Shown: positions 1-9,478, numbered from the stretch's first letter. The stretch: DNA of 64,000 nucleotides from Candidatus Thorarchaeota archaeon (GCA_029855935.1 JAGSHN010000022.1:9760-73759), one strand, 5' to 3'. The notes: generated by a model from the sequence alone, not told the origin. Numbers and translations are program-made.

Positions 1-201
1 AACGCCAATCACTCTCCGCGCTCCAGATCTCGCCGCAAATAGGGCCAGCACACCTGACCCCGTCCCCAGATCAACAACAATGGCATCGTTGTTCACGGTC
101 TCCTCGATGGCTATGCGGAATTTTTCCAGCCGAGAGGAGTGTGAGAGCAGGCTGACAGCGTGGAGGAGGGAGAATGGTGTAGCCAGACCAGAGGACGTCA
201 T
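1..201 (-). CDS. Class I SAM-dependent methyltransferase, PRMT/PrmA-like (N-terminal part only; runs off the window start)
   Basis: Not in the ORF track. Manual translation from ATG at 201: MTSSGLATPFSLLHAVSLLSHSSRLEKFRIAIEETVNNDAIVVDLGTGSGVLALFAARSGARRVIGV; motif I (VDLGTGSG) is clear. Confidence 0.8.
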   Translation of the reverse strand, partial: MTSSGLATPFSLLHAVSLLSHSSRLEKFRIAIEETVNNDAIVVDLGTGSGVLALFAARSGARRVIGV

Positions 202-220
202 CGTTTTGCCGTAAAGCCAC

Positions 221-231
221 GTTATTATAAC
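221..231. promoter_or_regulatory. TATA-like element in the divergent methyltransferase/TPR intergenic gap
   Basis: GTTATTATAAC is an AT-rich island between two divergent starts in GC-rich DNA. Confidence 0.45.
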
Positions 232-283
232 TGAGAGTATTGCACCCACGTCAGACCTCTGTCCTGCTCTGGTACCACATCCG

Positions 284-1468
284 GTGGTGCCCTGTGAGGT
301 GACCAAGACGAGATCACCAGACCTTGAAGATGCCGTTGAGGCAATGCGACAGCAACAGTTCGAAGAGGCGGTCACCATTCTTGAGAGACTGGCCGAGACC
401 CGAGGCAATGACCCGGAGGTCCTCGTCTATCTTGGCGTGGCCTATGTACAGGCGGAGCGCCCAAGAAAGGCGATAGATGTTCTTCGCAGGGCGGAGGAGA
501 TCGTAGAAGATCACCCGGTCATAGCGCAGTTCCTCGGCCGTTCCTATAAGGCAATCAAGGAGTACGCACTGGCTGAGAGATACCTTGAGATGGCAGTCTC
601 GCTGGACCCTGAGGCCTACGACTCGTGGCTGGACCTCGGAGAGGTGCTGTATCTGAGTCAGCAGTACGGTCGTGCCGCGGACGTTCTATCAACCGCGTGT
701 GAGCGATTTCCCGGGGATGCGGCCCTCCACTCAATCCTTGCAATGGCGTTCTATCGCCTAGGTGATTACACACAGGCAGCTGACGAGTGGTCCGTGGTCT
801 ATAGACAACGGCCTGACTCAATCGTTGCCCTCGCAAACTATGCCTACACGCTGCTCTACTTGGGACGCATCGAAGACACTCTTCCTCTGATGGAGCGGGC
901 GAAGGAGATTGCACCGACACACTACAGAACGCTGATGATCTGCGGCGAGGTGGAATTCCAGAGAGGCAACCTCGACGTCGCACAGGAGTACTTCGAGCGG
1001 GCACTCGACAAGTGCAGTGTGAGCGCCGAGGCCCTGGGACGCCTTGCACTGATAGAGGAGTTTCGCGGCAATATCAAGAGAGCCGAGTTCTATCTCACAC
1101 TGGTCAGAGAGCTGATGGAGCGCGATCCGTCAGCGTGGCAGAGGACTTGTGATATCCACGTGCGGCGCGGCGACTACGACGGCCACCTCCAATGTCTCCA
1201 CGGTGCGGTTGAGAGAGATCCGAACTCCCCAGCAGCGTGGGTGGGCCTTGCCTCCGAACTCCAGAGAAGAGGACTCAGAGAGGAGGCGAGTGAGGCGTGG
1301 ATGAAGGCCATAGAACTGCGCGGCTACGTGAAGGTCTACTGTCCGCGCTGTCACATCTACCAGCGATACGACATCTCTGACACAACGGAGAAGGTGTTGT
1401 CGGTGGCGGTCACGTGCCCGGGCTGTAGTGAGGAGCTGCCGCTGCCAGAGAGTCTTGCAGTTGTGTGA
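284..1468 (+). CDS. Tetratricopeptide repeat protein with C-terminal zinc ribbon
   Basis: About 9-10 TPR-like helical repeats (e.g. WLDLGEVLYLSQQYGRAA), then CPRC...CPGC. Confidence 0.85.
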   Translation: MVPCEVTKTRSPDLEDAVEAMRQQQFEEAVTILERLAETRGNDPEVLVYLGVAYVQAERPRKAIDVLRRAEEIVEDHPVIAQFLGRSYKAIKEYALAERYLEMAVSLDPEAYDSWLDLGEVLYLSQQYGRAADVLSTACERFPGDAALHSILAMAFYRLGDYTQAADEWSVVYRQRPDSIVALANYAYTLLYLGRIEDTLPLMERAKEIAPTHYRTLMICGEVEFQRGNLDVAQEYFERALDKCSVSAEALGRLALIEEFRGNIKRAEFYLTLVRELMERDPSAWQRTCDIHVRRGDYDGHLQCLHGAVERDPNSPAAWVGLASELQRRGLREEASEAWMKAIELRGYVKVYCPRCHIYQRYDISDTTEKVLSVAVTCPGCSEELPLPESLAVV

Positions 1469-1474
1469 GCACAG

Positions 1475-1975
1475 ATGACGCTCGGAACACGGAAGGAGCC
1501 GGAGATGAAGGCCACTAGTGAGATGAAGGAAAGGCTGTACCCCTCTCGGCCTATGGCAGCAGTTGGCGCCGTGGTAATCGGCCGCAGAGGAGTCCTGCTG
1601 GTCAGGAGGGACAAGGACCCGGGCCGGGGCAGGTGGAGTATCCCTGGTGGTGTCGTTGAGATCGGAGAGACACAGGAACAGGCAGTCGTCCGCGAGGTAC
1701 GCGAGGAGACCGGCATTGACGTGAGAGTCATACGGATCATAGACTCCTTCGACCTGATCACAAGGGACAACGAGGGCCGGATAAGATTTCACTACGTGAT
1801 AAACCACTACCTTGCGAGAACAGACTCTGAAGACGCGGAACCCGTCCCTGAGAGTGCGGAGGCAGTTGCTGCTTGGTTCGCCCCCGAGGAACTTGACAAC
1901 GTCGACGCCCCTCGGGAGGTGATTGATCTCATTCGCAAAGCCCTCGCCCAGACTCGTGGCCCACGGGGGCCTTGA
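1475..1975 (+). CDS. Nudix hydrolase (ADP-ribose pyrophosphatase-like)
   Basis: Nudix box GGVVEIGETQEQAVVREVREETG; true start may be 1505 or 1523. Confidence 0.9.
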   Translation: MTLGTRKEPEMKATSEMKERLYPSRPMAAVGAVVIGRRGVLLVRRDKDPGRGRWSIPGGVVEIGETQEQAVVREVREETGIDVRVIRIIDSFDLITRDNEGRIRFHYVINHYLARTDSEDAEPVPESAEAVAAWFAPEELDNVDAPREVIDLIRKALAQTRGPRGP

Positions 1976-2057
1976 GAGCACTGTCGGACGGCCGAAGAGA
2001 TATAAGCGCTTCTCGTCCCCTGCATAAAGACAGACACAGCAAAGGAGCTGGGACAGA

Positions 2058-2516
2058 ATGTTTAGAACAATCATCGCACTCCTGATAGCCGTCATAGTAG
2101 CCGTCCTGATCGGGGCCTTCCAGATTCTTGGACTGACCCTTGAACAGATTCAGACAATCCTTCAGAGCAGCAATGTGACAAGCGCGCTGCAGTACCAAGG
2201 CAGCCTCCTATTTGCCTCCCTGATGACGCCATACTCGATGGCGATGAGCGGAGTCTACAGCCCCCTTGTGGCCCTCGGAGTCGCCGGCTTCGTGGCCGGT
2301 CTCGTTTCCAAGAGCCCGGTGAGGATGTTCTTTGTGTCCATCATTGCCCTCGTCATCTTCTTCGTGGCATACGTGGCACTCTCCATCGGCGCTGCTCTCC
2401 AGATTGATGTGCTGATGACAGTGGCCAAGAACATAGCCATTGATCTCGGAGCGGCCTTCGGACTGCTCTTCATCCCTGGAATCATCGGTGCGCAGCTGAC
2501 GGCTGAAGAGTACTGA
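2058..2516 (+). CDS. Hypothetical integral membrane protein (about 4 TM)
   Basis: Hydrophobic segments; GATATAAG and GGAG upstream. Confidence 0.75.
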   Translation: MFRTIIALLIAVIVAVLIGAFQILGLTLEQIQTILQSSNVTSALQYQGSLLFASLMTPYSMAMSGVYSPLVALGVAGFVAGLVSKSPVRMFFVSIIALVIFFVAYVALSIGAALQIDVLMTVAKNIAIDLGAAFGLLFIPGIIGAQLTAEEY

Positions 2517-2518
2517 AC

Positions 2519-2546
2519 GGGGAAAGGGGTCGGCGCCCCCTTCCTC
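2519..2546. terminator. GC-rich hairpin between convergent genes
   Basis: GGGGAAAGGGGT-cggc-GCCCCCTTCCTC between the stops at 2516 (+) and 2561 (-). Confidence 0.5.
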
Positions 2547-2560
2547 TTCAGAACATGTGC

Positions 2561-4102
2561 CTATCTCTTGTTCTTTGGCTTGGCCAGGGTCTTCTCCAGC
2601 AGAGAGGACACCCTCTCCAAGAACTCATCTAGGTATTCGTCTCGGACAAATGCACCTGCCGCCATCGGATGGCCCCCCGCCTCGACCACGAGCTGTCCGT
2701 GGCGGTCATTCATTGCCCTCGCAACCGAGACGAACACCTCCTTCAGATTGACGCCTTTTCTGACGAGGTCCTTATGGGCACGACCAGAGATCTTCACGAA
2801 GGGACCCTCATCGGACGTGCGTGTCGCAATGCCTATCACTGGCCGGTCGGACGGCACAATCTTCGACCCCTGTGCCATTCCTATCACTATTCCCACTATG
2901 GTGTCGGGAGTCTCTGGGTCACGGACTATGTACATCCCGTCGGTCTCCTCGTATCCGTTCTCCTCCAGCCTTCTCAGAGCAGAGGAGAGGTTCTGACGGT
3001 GTACCTGCAATAGTGATCTGCCCGCGGAGTAGGCCTCCTCATCACCCAGGCATATCCTCACGCCAATCTCGGGACGCGAGTTTCGCCCGCAGGCGTTGAG
3101 CAATGTGGCAAACTCTTTGGCAATTCTCATCTCGCTGCGCTGCGGCCGTCTCAGGAGCTCGACTACCTCGCCTATGATATTTTGTGCAACCGAGGGCGGA
3201 TAGCCAGCCTCAAGGATGACTCCGACTAGACCCTGAACGGCCCTCTTCTTCTCGTCAGGACTGAGGTCAGTCCACATCCTCCACTTGTCCTCATCATCCT
3301 TGAGGGGGATGTCGCGTTCCTCGAAGAAGGACATGCACGCGTCCCTATTGCCAGTCAACCCTGGGAGGTAGGGCTCGGTACAATACTCAAGCAGGAAGGG
3401 CAGAGGGCGCGTGTTTATCCCGAAGAACGTCAGGTCCCGTTTCCTCAGCAGGACGCCAGCCCGTTCGCCAATCTCAGCAATGCGCTTGTTTGTGCCAACA
3501 AGGCCCCGACCGTAGTACCGTTGAAGGTCGCCAGTAGCGCCTACGACAGCGAGTTCGCTCAGGTCCACATTGCGCCGGTCCATCGTCAGAGCGAGCAGGA
3601 ATGCCACACCGGCGGCTGAAACGTCAAAGGAGCCGTCCATGCCGTGAAGGTGGGGGTTGATCTCAACAATGTCTGACCGCCGCTCGGCCTCGCCACGCAT
3701 GCGGTCGCCAGCATCCTCCTCTCCACTCTGACCGTTGCCGCCACTCTGCGGTAGGTGATGGTCAAGAATGATGATACCACGGACAGACTCGAACTGGCGT
3801 CTCATCTTCTCGATCAGGGCCCGTTGGCCTGTCCCAAGGTCGCTAAAGATGACCACATCAGAGTGGTTCTCGCGGAGCAGTTCAGCGACCTCTGTGATTG
3901 TCTCAGAATTGAGCTGGTGAATGTTGCGCCAGATGTGTGGTATCTTCGAGCGCCTGAGAAGGGAGACCACTATTGCGAGAGACGTTATTCCGTCTGCGTC
4001 GATGTGGGATATAGCAAGAACGTGCCGGGCGTCGCACAGCAGGTCTGCAGCGCGGTTCAGTCCCCTCTGCAGGTCTTCGGGCAGCTCGCTGAGAATCTCC
4101 AT
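2561..4102 (-). CDS. DHH-family phosphoesterase, archaeal RecJ/Cdc45-like (GAN/HAN type)
   Basis: HIDADG, SDLG, DHH, GATGD, LLNACGR and C-terminal DHHA1 AGGH motifs. Confidence 0.85.
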   Translation of the reverse strand: MEILSELPEDLQRGLNRAADLLCDARHVLAISHIDADGITSLAIVVSLLRRSKIPHIWRNIHQLNSETITEVAELLRENHSDVVIFSDLGTGQRALIEKMRRQFESVRGIIILDHHLPQSGGNGQSGEEDAGDRMRGEAERRSDIVEINPHLHGMDGSFDVSAAGVAFLLALTMDRRNVDLSELAVVGATGDLQRYYGRGLVGTNKRIAEIGERAGVLLRKRDLTFFGINTRPLPFLLEYCTEPYLPGLTGNRDACMSFFEERDIPLKDDEDKWRMWTDLSPDEKKRAVQGLVGVILEAGYPPSVAQNIIGEVVELLRRPQRSEMRIAKEFATLLNACGRNSRPEIGVRICLGDEEAYSAGRSLLQVHRQNLSSALRRLEENGYEETDGMYIVRDPETPDTIVGIVIGMAQGSKIVPSDRPVIGIATRTSDEGPFVKISGRAHKDLVRKGVNLKEVFVSVARAMNDRHGQLVVEAGGHPMAAGAFVRDEYLDEFLERVSSLLEKTLAKPKNKR

Positions 4103-4169
4103 TGTAGATGGTGAGAGTCAAATCGAGTAATAAGTGGGCCGCTCTGTCAATGCGAGCTATTTGCCACCC

Positions 4170-4511
4170 TCACTCAGCACCTCGAGCCAGTCGCGAGAGA
4201 GCAAGAAAGACTATCAGGAAGAAGCTGGCCACCGCAGCGAGTGCCCTGGCTACCTTCTGCCACCTCGTTTTCGGGACCTCAAGATCACGGAGTTCATTTG
4301 TGACACGACGCAGATAGACGCGCCTCTCCGAGTACAGGACGTTGGGATCGTCAAGCTGAGATGCAAATTCCGACCATGCAACATGATAGGGCGGCTCCGC
4401 ATCTGTCGTCATCGCCCACTCCGTCCATCTCTTGAGAATCTCGCTCCTGTGAGGTTCTGGGAAGGACGCAATGACACGGCGTATCTTCTCATCATAGTCC
4501 GGTGGTATCAT
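4170..4511 (-). CDS. Hypothetical tail-anchored membrane protein
   Basis: Helical soluble domain followed by one C-terminal hydrophobic helix (ALAAVASFFLIVFLAL). Start 4511 chosen; the frame is open to 4559. Confidence 0.65.
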   Translation of the reverse strand: MIPPDYDEKIRRVIASFPEPHRSEILKRWTEWAMTTDAEPPYHVAWSEFASQLDDPNVLYSERRVYLRRVTNELRDLEVPKTRWQKVARALAAVASFFLIVFLALSRLARGAE

Positions 4512-4635
4512 GATGTGCACCTTGCCCCGGCATACCTCATCGCAATGTTCGGTGTGCAATCTATTAAGTCTATGCCATAGGTACCGTTCTTCCGAAAATT
4601 GGAGGGAATGCGCATCAATCGAGAGGCCGGCGCGT

Positions 4636-5163
4636 CTATCGCATCTTCGTCAGCTCTTTCTGCCAATCCCTGATGTCAGAACGCAGTTTGTTCAGGTCGG
4701 CCGGGTTGACGGGGTCCACACGGCCGTAGGTCTTCAGTATCCTGACCCACCGCTGCATCTTGACAACAAGGTTCGGGCTCCCTCCGCGCTGCTCGAACAG
4801 GTCGGCCGTTTCACGTATCTTGTCGGCAAGATCGCTAGCAATGACGCCATCTCGTATCTGGGCCTCGAGCGTGTCAAGCAGCGAGCTGAGAGAAGACACT
4901 CTGGCCTTCTCCTCGACACTTGACGTGGGACGAGAGACTGCAACAGCAGCCGCCTGACTCGGCATGCTCCGAATCGCCTCGGCTAGGTCATCAAGTTTCT
5001 CGCTATTGGCAGCAACCGCAAGAGCAAGGTCGCCCAACTTGTCGTCCATCCCTGCAAGCCTGGTCATGACCTCGATCATCTTGTTCAGCATCTCGGTCAT
5101 CCGGGTCAGGGCACTATTGATCTCGGTCAGCTTGGCGCGAATGTAGGTGTCTTCCTCTGTCAC
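4636..5163 (-). CDS. Coiled-coil protein with C-terminal helical bundle resembling the Vps28 C-terminal domain
   Basis: Heptad-rich N-terminus, Ala/Ser/Pro linker, then W-x3-L-x6-D-x-V-x7-L-x2-D-I. GTG start at 5163 with GAGGAG upstream. Confidence 0.6.
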   Translation of the reverse strand: MTEEDTYIRAKLTEINSALTRMTEMLNKMIEVMTRLAGMDDKLGDLALAVAANSEKLDDLAEAIRSMPSQAAAVAVSRPTSSVEEKARVSSLSSLLDTLEAQIRDGVIASDLADKIRETADLFEQRGGSPNLVVKMQRWVRILKTYGRVDPVNPADLNKLRSDIRDWQKELTKMR

Positions 5164-5369
5164 GAGACTCAGCTCTCCTCGGGAAATGTGGATGCTTCCT
5201 TCACAATCCAGTCCTGTCTGCTCTCTGTCTGGCATTCTCATAAAGTTTCTGTGGCTTTCCTCAGGATGCCTCAGTGCCATAACTCAACCTTATTTAGGAG
5301 CTAGATGATGACGCGACCCAGAGCCGTGGACCTAAGGCTGGACCAAGGCCTGAAGAGGAGGTCTCAACG

Positions 5370-5720
5370 CTGTACGTAATAAACTACCGTGAGCGAGAAG
5401 AGGTGATAGTCGAACTTCCGGGGGCCGAGGGAGCAACAATGAGATGGCTCATTGGAAAGACGAATGGTGCCAAGACCTATGCTATGAGACTGTTCACGAT
5501 TCAGCCCGGAGGCAAGATTCCGTTGCACAACCATCCGGAGGAGCACGAGATATTCGTTCTTCAGGGGCGCGCAAAGATGCTTGGCAGCCTCGAGGAGACC
5601 TACGCCAAGAAGGACGATGTCGTCTTTGTGCCCTCTAACGAGCCTCACGGGTATGACAACACGGAGGGCACAGAGCCTTTCAGATTCATCTGCGTGATTC
5701 CGCTCCTCGAGAAGGATTGA
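5370..5720 (+). CDS. Cupin domain protein
   Basis: PGGKIPLHNHPEEHEIFVLQG and VPSNEPHGY cupin motifs. Probable CTG start at 5370 (GAGGAGGT 7 nt upstream); ORF track uses 5403. Confidence 0.88.
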   Translation: MYVINYREREEVIVELPGAEGATMRWLIGKTNGAKTYAMRLFTIQPGGKIPLHNHPEEHEIFVLQGRAKMLGSLEETYAKKDDVVFVPSNEPHGYDNTEGTEPFRFICVIPLLEKD

Positions 5721-5744
5721 ACAAACTGTCGTGAGGGATCTCAC

Positions 5745-6554
5745 GTGACGGATATCGGCGATGCCCCACTATGGATCTTCGATGTGGACAACACGCTCGT
5801 CCGGGACATAGAACATCCAACAGCCTTCGAGGATGCCCTGGCACTCGTTGAGACGCTGCGAGTGAGAGGACGAAACGTTGCGGTATTGACGAACGTCGGA
5901 AGACTCTCGGCGCGTCAGGTCAGGAGGGTGCTCCACGATGCGGGGTTTGTATTTTATGAGAGCAGTATATTCACTGCCGGCGCTGCAGCAGCAGCCTACA
6001 TCCACAACAGAATGCCTGGCGCCCGTTGTTTTCTCATCAGTGAGGGCGGTGCACGTGACGACTTCGTTGCACGAGGCCTTCAAGTGACGAACAACCCGCC
6101 CGTTGATTTTGTGGCGGTCGGTGCTGACAGAGGAATGACCTTTCAGGAGCTGAATTTTGCTGCCAAGATGGTCAGTCGGGGTGCGAAGTTGATCTGCATC
6201 AGTGGCAGCCGCGCCTATCCAGGGGTCTATCTCGGTCACGAGGACACCTATATCGGGGAGCTCTCCATTGTGCGGGCAATAGAGGATGCCACAGGTGCGA
6301 CTGCGACAATCGTGGGAAAGCCTCTGCCAGGGATCTTCATAGAGACCGCACGTTCACTCGGTGTCGAGCCAGCGGAGGCCGTGATGGTCGGGGACAATCG
6401 AGACTCCGATATCGCCGGTGCCCGCGCCGCTGGCATGACCACGGTACTGGTTCAGAGAGACCCTCACAACATTGTGGAGTTCGACTCTCGCGGGATGGAC
6501 ACAACGCCGGACATCGTCGTCAACGACCTCCGAGAGCTCATCGACAGGCTATGA
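5745..6554 (+). CDS. HAD-IIA family hydrolase (NagD-like)
   Basis: DVDNTL motif I, LTN, GKP, MVGDNRDSDIAGA. Confidence 0.88.
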   Translation: MTDIGDAPLWIFDVDNTLVRDIEHPTAFEDALALVETLRVRGRNVAVLTNVGRLSARQVRRVLHDAGFVFYESSIFTAGAAAAAYIHNRMPGARCFLISEGGARDDFVARGLQVTNNPPVDFVAVGADRGMTFQELNFAAKMVSRGAKLICISGSRAYPGVYLGHEDTYIGELSIVRAIEDATGATATIVGKPLPGIFIETARSLGVEPAEAVMVGDNRDSDIAGARAAGMTTVLVQRDPHNIVEFDSRGMDTTPDIVVNDLRELIDRL

Positions 6555-6599
6555 CGGCAATGTCACTACCGTGCGGCAGTCCAAGACTATTTGTGCAAC

Positions 6600-7334
6600 A
6601 TGACTACTGATAATGATAGAGTGCGCATAGAGATGTCCGATAGTCTCAGACCGCCTCCGGGACTCGTGAAGTTTGCTGTTGACAGACCGGGCCTGTCTGT
6701 CGCTGCGGCCAGACTGCACAATGTCAGGGTAGTGCCCAGCACCGACGAGTTCGCTGCGTACGAGAGAGAGCTCTTTGCGGAGATTCGCAGAAAGCACACG
6801 CTTGAGGGACTCGCTGAGAACAGGATCATACGGTCGTTTCGTGACCTCTACTGGAGTTTTGGTATGGACCCCACAAAGCTGAGAGTGTCGAGCGAGGCTC
6901 TCGCAAGGCGTGTCCTGCGAGGAGAGAATCTCTGGAGGATAAACAACGTAGTCGATGTGATCAACCTGGCCTCCGCGTACCACCTGCTACCCATCAGTCT
7001 CGTCGATGAGCAGAGGATGCGAGGGGGTCTCGTCGTACGGACTGCGAACAGGGGCGAAATCTTCACAAGGATTGGCGGCAAGACAATGACATGCCGCGGA
7101 AGGGAGATAGTGGTTGCGGATGACGAGAGGATTGTCTGTTTTGGCTATGCCACGCACGACTCCCATCACACTCGTGTCACAGAGGACTCTACCGATATCC
7201 TCGTGCTGGTCTACGGCACGCCCGAGGTCCGTGCTGGAGAGATGAGCGATGCGGTGGGCATCACGCTGGATATGATACGCAGGTGGGTGGACTGCAAGAC
7301 CAGCTCACCGAGAATCTACTCTATCCCCCAGTGA
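6600..7334 (+). CDS. B3/B4 domain protein (stand-alone PheRS-beta editing-like)
   Basis: FGMDPTKLRVSSEALARR and INNVVDVINLAS B3/4 signatures. Confidence 0.85.
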   Translation: MTTDNDRVRIEMSDSLRPPPGLVKFAVDRPGLSVAAARLHNVRVVPSTDEFAAYERELFAEIRRKHTLEGLAENRIIRSFRDLYWSFGMDPTKLRVSSEALARRVLRGENLWRINNVVDVINLASAYHLLPISLVDEQRMRGGLVVRTANRGEIFTRIGGKTMTCRGREIVVADDERIVCFGYATHDSHHTRVTEDSTDILVLVYGTPEVRAGEMSDAVGITLDMIRRWVDCKTSSPRIYSIPQ

Positions 7335-7383
7335 GGCCCGTGTCCCGAAGACCCGGCGTCGTATTCTCCTCTCAGACTCTGGC

Positions 7384-9372
7384 TCAGAACTCGAGAAACG
7401 GCTCACCCAGTACGATACGCTCAAGAAGGCTGTTCTTGGAGGCACGCTTGATGATCTCTATGAACCGCTTCTTGAGCCGAGCGTCATCAACGTATTCTGG
7501 TTCTCTGATGCCCATCGATTTGATGACCTGATCCAAGACGTACTTGAAGTCAAACACCAGGCACGGGATCTTCTTGCCACTCTTTGTTGGACACTTGTCC
7601 TTCTTGGCGAGCCCCAGCTTGATGGCCATCTTGGTCTCCTTCAGATAGAAGGTCATCGCCTTCTCGTAGTTGAGGGTCTCTCGTTTGACCAGCTCTCTTA
7701 GGAACGGCAGTCCGAAACGCGTACGGGCCAGCTTCTCTATCTTGGCCACGAAGGCGTTCACAATGTCGTCATAGGACACCTTCTCGGCCTTCCCACGAGT
7801 CTCGAAGACCTTCTCGTCATCCTTTGCGGACTTGAACTTCTGCTTCTTCAGGGCAAGCTCGCGTTCTCGTCTCTTGCGCTCCTCCTCCTCCTTGCGTCGG
7901 CGCTCTTCCTCCTTGCGGCGTCGCTCCTCCTCAAGCCTCTTCCGCTCAGCCTCCTTTCGACGCTGCTCCTCGAGCCTCTTGCGCTCAAGTTCCTTGCGGC
8001 GCTCCTCCTCCTTACGCCTTCTTTCCATCTCCTCCAGAATCTTCTGCTGGCGCTTCACGAGTGCCTCCATATGCTTCTTGACGTCACGCTCGGTGAGAGT
8101 CACGTGCTTCGTCAGGAGCCAACGCACGGAGATGTTGTTGACGCGAGGCTTCAGGTCCGCTGAGGAGAATATGAAGCAGGCCGTCTGTTGACCGGGCAGG
8201 GCCGTGATGATCTTCTCGGCTGCAGCCTCACCAGCGATGGGTTCTAGAATCCGCTCAAGAACCTTGAGCGACTGCTCACTGCTGATGCGTCCTGCCGCGA
8301 TTGTATTGAACTGTTCAAACGCCTTGTAGTCAATGTCCTTCGGACTCTGAGTGGCTACGAGGCACTCAATACCATACTTGCGTGCCTGTCGGAACAGCAA
8401 CAGGAAGATCTCCTTCGGTCCCGGTGCTCTCATACCCGCGGGGATGAACGGCGCGGCCTCGTCCATGAACAGTATCATCCGTGGCTTCTCAGTGAAGCCC
8501 TGTCGCAGCATCCACGAATAGAGCTGGTTAAGCATAATTGCGATGAAGAAGTGCTTCTCCTCCTCGCTCCTCAACGTCTTGAGGAAGATCACGTTTATTG
8601 GGGTCTTACCATCCACCGAACGAGTCAGGTCATCAAAGTCAATCTGACCCTCCTCCCTGAAGAGCAGCTGTGCCGAGCCGACCGTCAGACTTCTGATGGC
8701 CGCGGCCAATTTCTCACGCTCTGAGAACTTCATATACGGCTCAAGGTCGACACCCACCTCCTCCGCTGGCGCCACAAGCAGATTTGCCAGCTCCATCAGG
8801 TCCTTGATCTCGACACCGTTCTCCCAAGTGACCCTGAGAAGCTCGTACAGGGCCGCAAAGGACTTGCTCTCCCAAGATCGTGACAGACCAGCGACCTTGG
8901 CGAGGACCTTGACCAGAGTCCGCGCTGAGTTGTCGAGAAGACGAATCATGTCATCGTGGTCAGCCTTCTTGTCAGGCAACTTGAGCGGGTTAATCGAGAT
9001 GGCCAGACCCTTGGTACTCGCGGGCGTATAGACGCGGACAATCACCTTTTCCATGAATTCCTTCAGACGCCTGGGATCGACGCCCTTCTTCTCAAGTTCC
9101 TTGGGATCACCCGGCAACATCAATGAGGCGATGTCTCCCTGAGGGTCAAAGGCTATGACCGGAATGCCCTGAAGTGCAGCCTCCTCCAGAATGACCTTGC
9201 TGAGCACCGTCTTGCCCGAGCCGGTGGAACCGAATACGCCACCGTGTCTGCGTAACAGGTCCACGCTGATCTCGAACTTCTTGTTAGTGCGATTTCCCTT
9301 GTCGTCCAGATAATAGCCCAGCCAGAGCTTACCTTCCTCAGTCATTTCAAATACCACCTTGGGCGGCGACAC
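7384..9372 (-). CDS. HerA/FtsK/VirB4-like ATPase (DUF87/DUF853-like) with ER/K-rich helix and C-terminal domain
   Basis: Walker A GSTGSGKT, FDPQGD, Walker B LFMDEA, RQARKYG...ATQSP. Confidence 0.85.
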   Translation of the reverse strand: MSPPKVVFEMTEEGKLWLGYYLDDKGNRTNKKFEISVDLLRRHGGVFGSTGSGKTVLSKVILEEAALQGIPVIAFDPQGDIASLMLPGDPKELEKKGVDPRRLKEFMEKVIVRVYTPASTKGLAISINPLKLPDKKADHDDMIRLLDNSARTLVKVLAKVAGLSRSWESKSFAALYELLRVTWENGVEIKDLMELANLLVAPAEEVGVDLEPYMKFSEREKLAAAIRSLTVGSAQLLFREEGQIDFDDLTRSVDGKTPINVIFLKTLRSEEEKHFFIAIMLNQLYSWMLRQGFTEKPRMILFMDEAAPFIPAGMRAPGPKEIFLLLFRQARKYGIECLVATQSPKDIDYKAFEQFNTIAAGRISSEQSLKVLERILEPIAGEAAAEKIITALPGQQTACFIFSSADLKPRVNNISVRWLLTKHVTLTERDVKKHMEALVKRQQKILEEMERRRKEEERRKELERKRLEEQRRKEAERKRLEEERRRKEEERRRKEEEERKRRERELALKKQKFKSAKDDEKVFETRGKAEKVSYDDIVNAFVAKIEKLARTRFGLPFLRELVKRETLNYEKAMTFYLKETKMAIKLGLAKKDKCPTKSGKKIPCLVFDFKYVLDQVIKSMGIREPEYVDDARLKKRFIEIIKRASKNSLLERIVLGEPFLEF
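7840..8070 (-). repeat. Low-complexity E/R/K coding repeat (single alpha-helix type)
   Basis: EEERRRKEEERRRKEEEERKRRERE pattern; near-tandem CCTCC/TTGCG DNA motifs on the + strand. Confidence 0.8.
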
Positions 9373-9478
9373 GTCAACTGTGGCCCCAATTCAGGAGTTA
9401 GTTGGGCAACCCGCTTATTTCGTTTACTGGGTCAGACCACCTAGCATAGGACCGAGAAACAGAGAAGAAAGATCGGCG

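Noticed and set aside
5370-7334. Cupin, HAD and B3/B4 genes share one frame separated only by TGA codons
   Set aside because: Each is a complete stand-alone family member; same-frame neighbours are expected by chance.
7384-9372. Canonical HerA of the HerA-NurA-Mre11-Rad50 system, or a HerA-based defence system
   Set aside because: No HAS barrel, and no nurA, mre11, rad50, SIR2 or nuclease partner adjacent.
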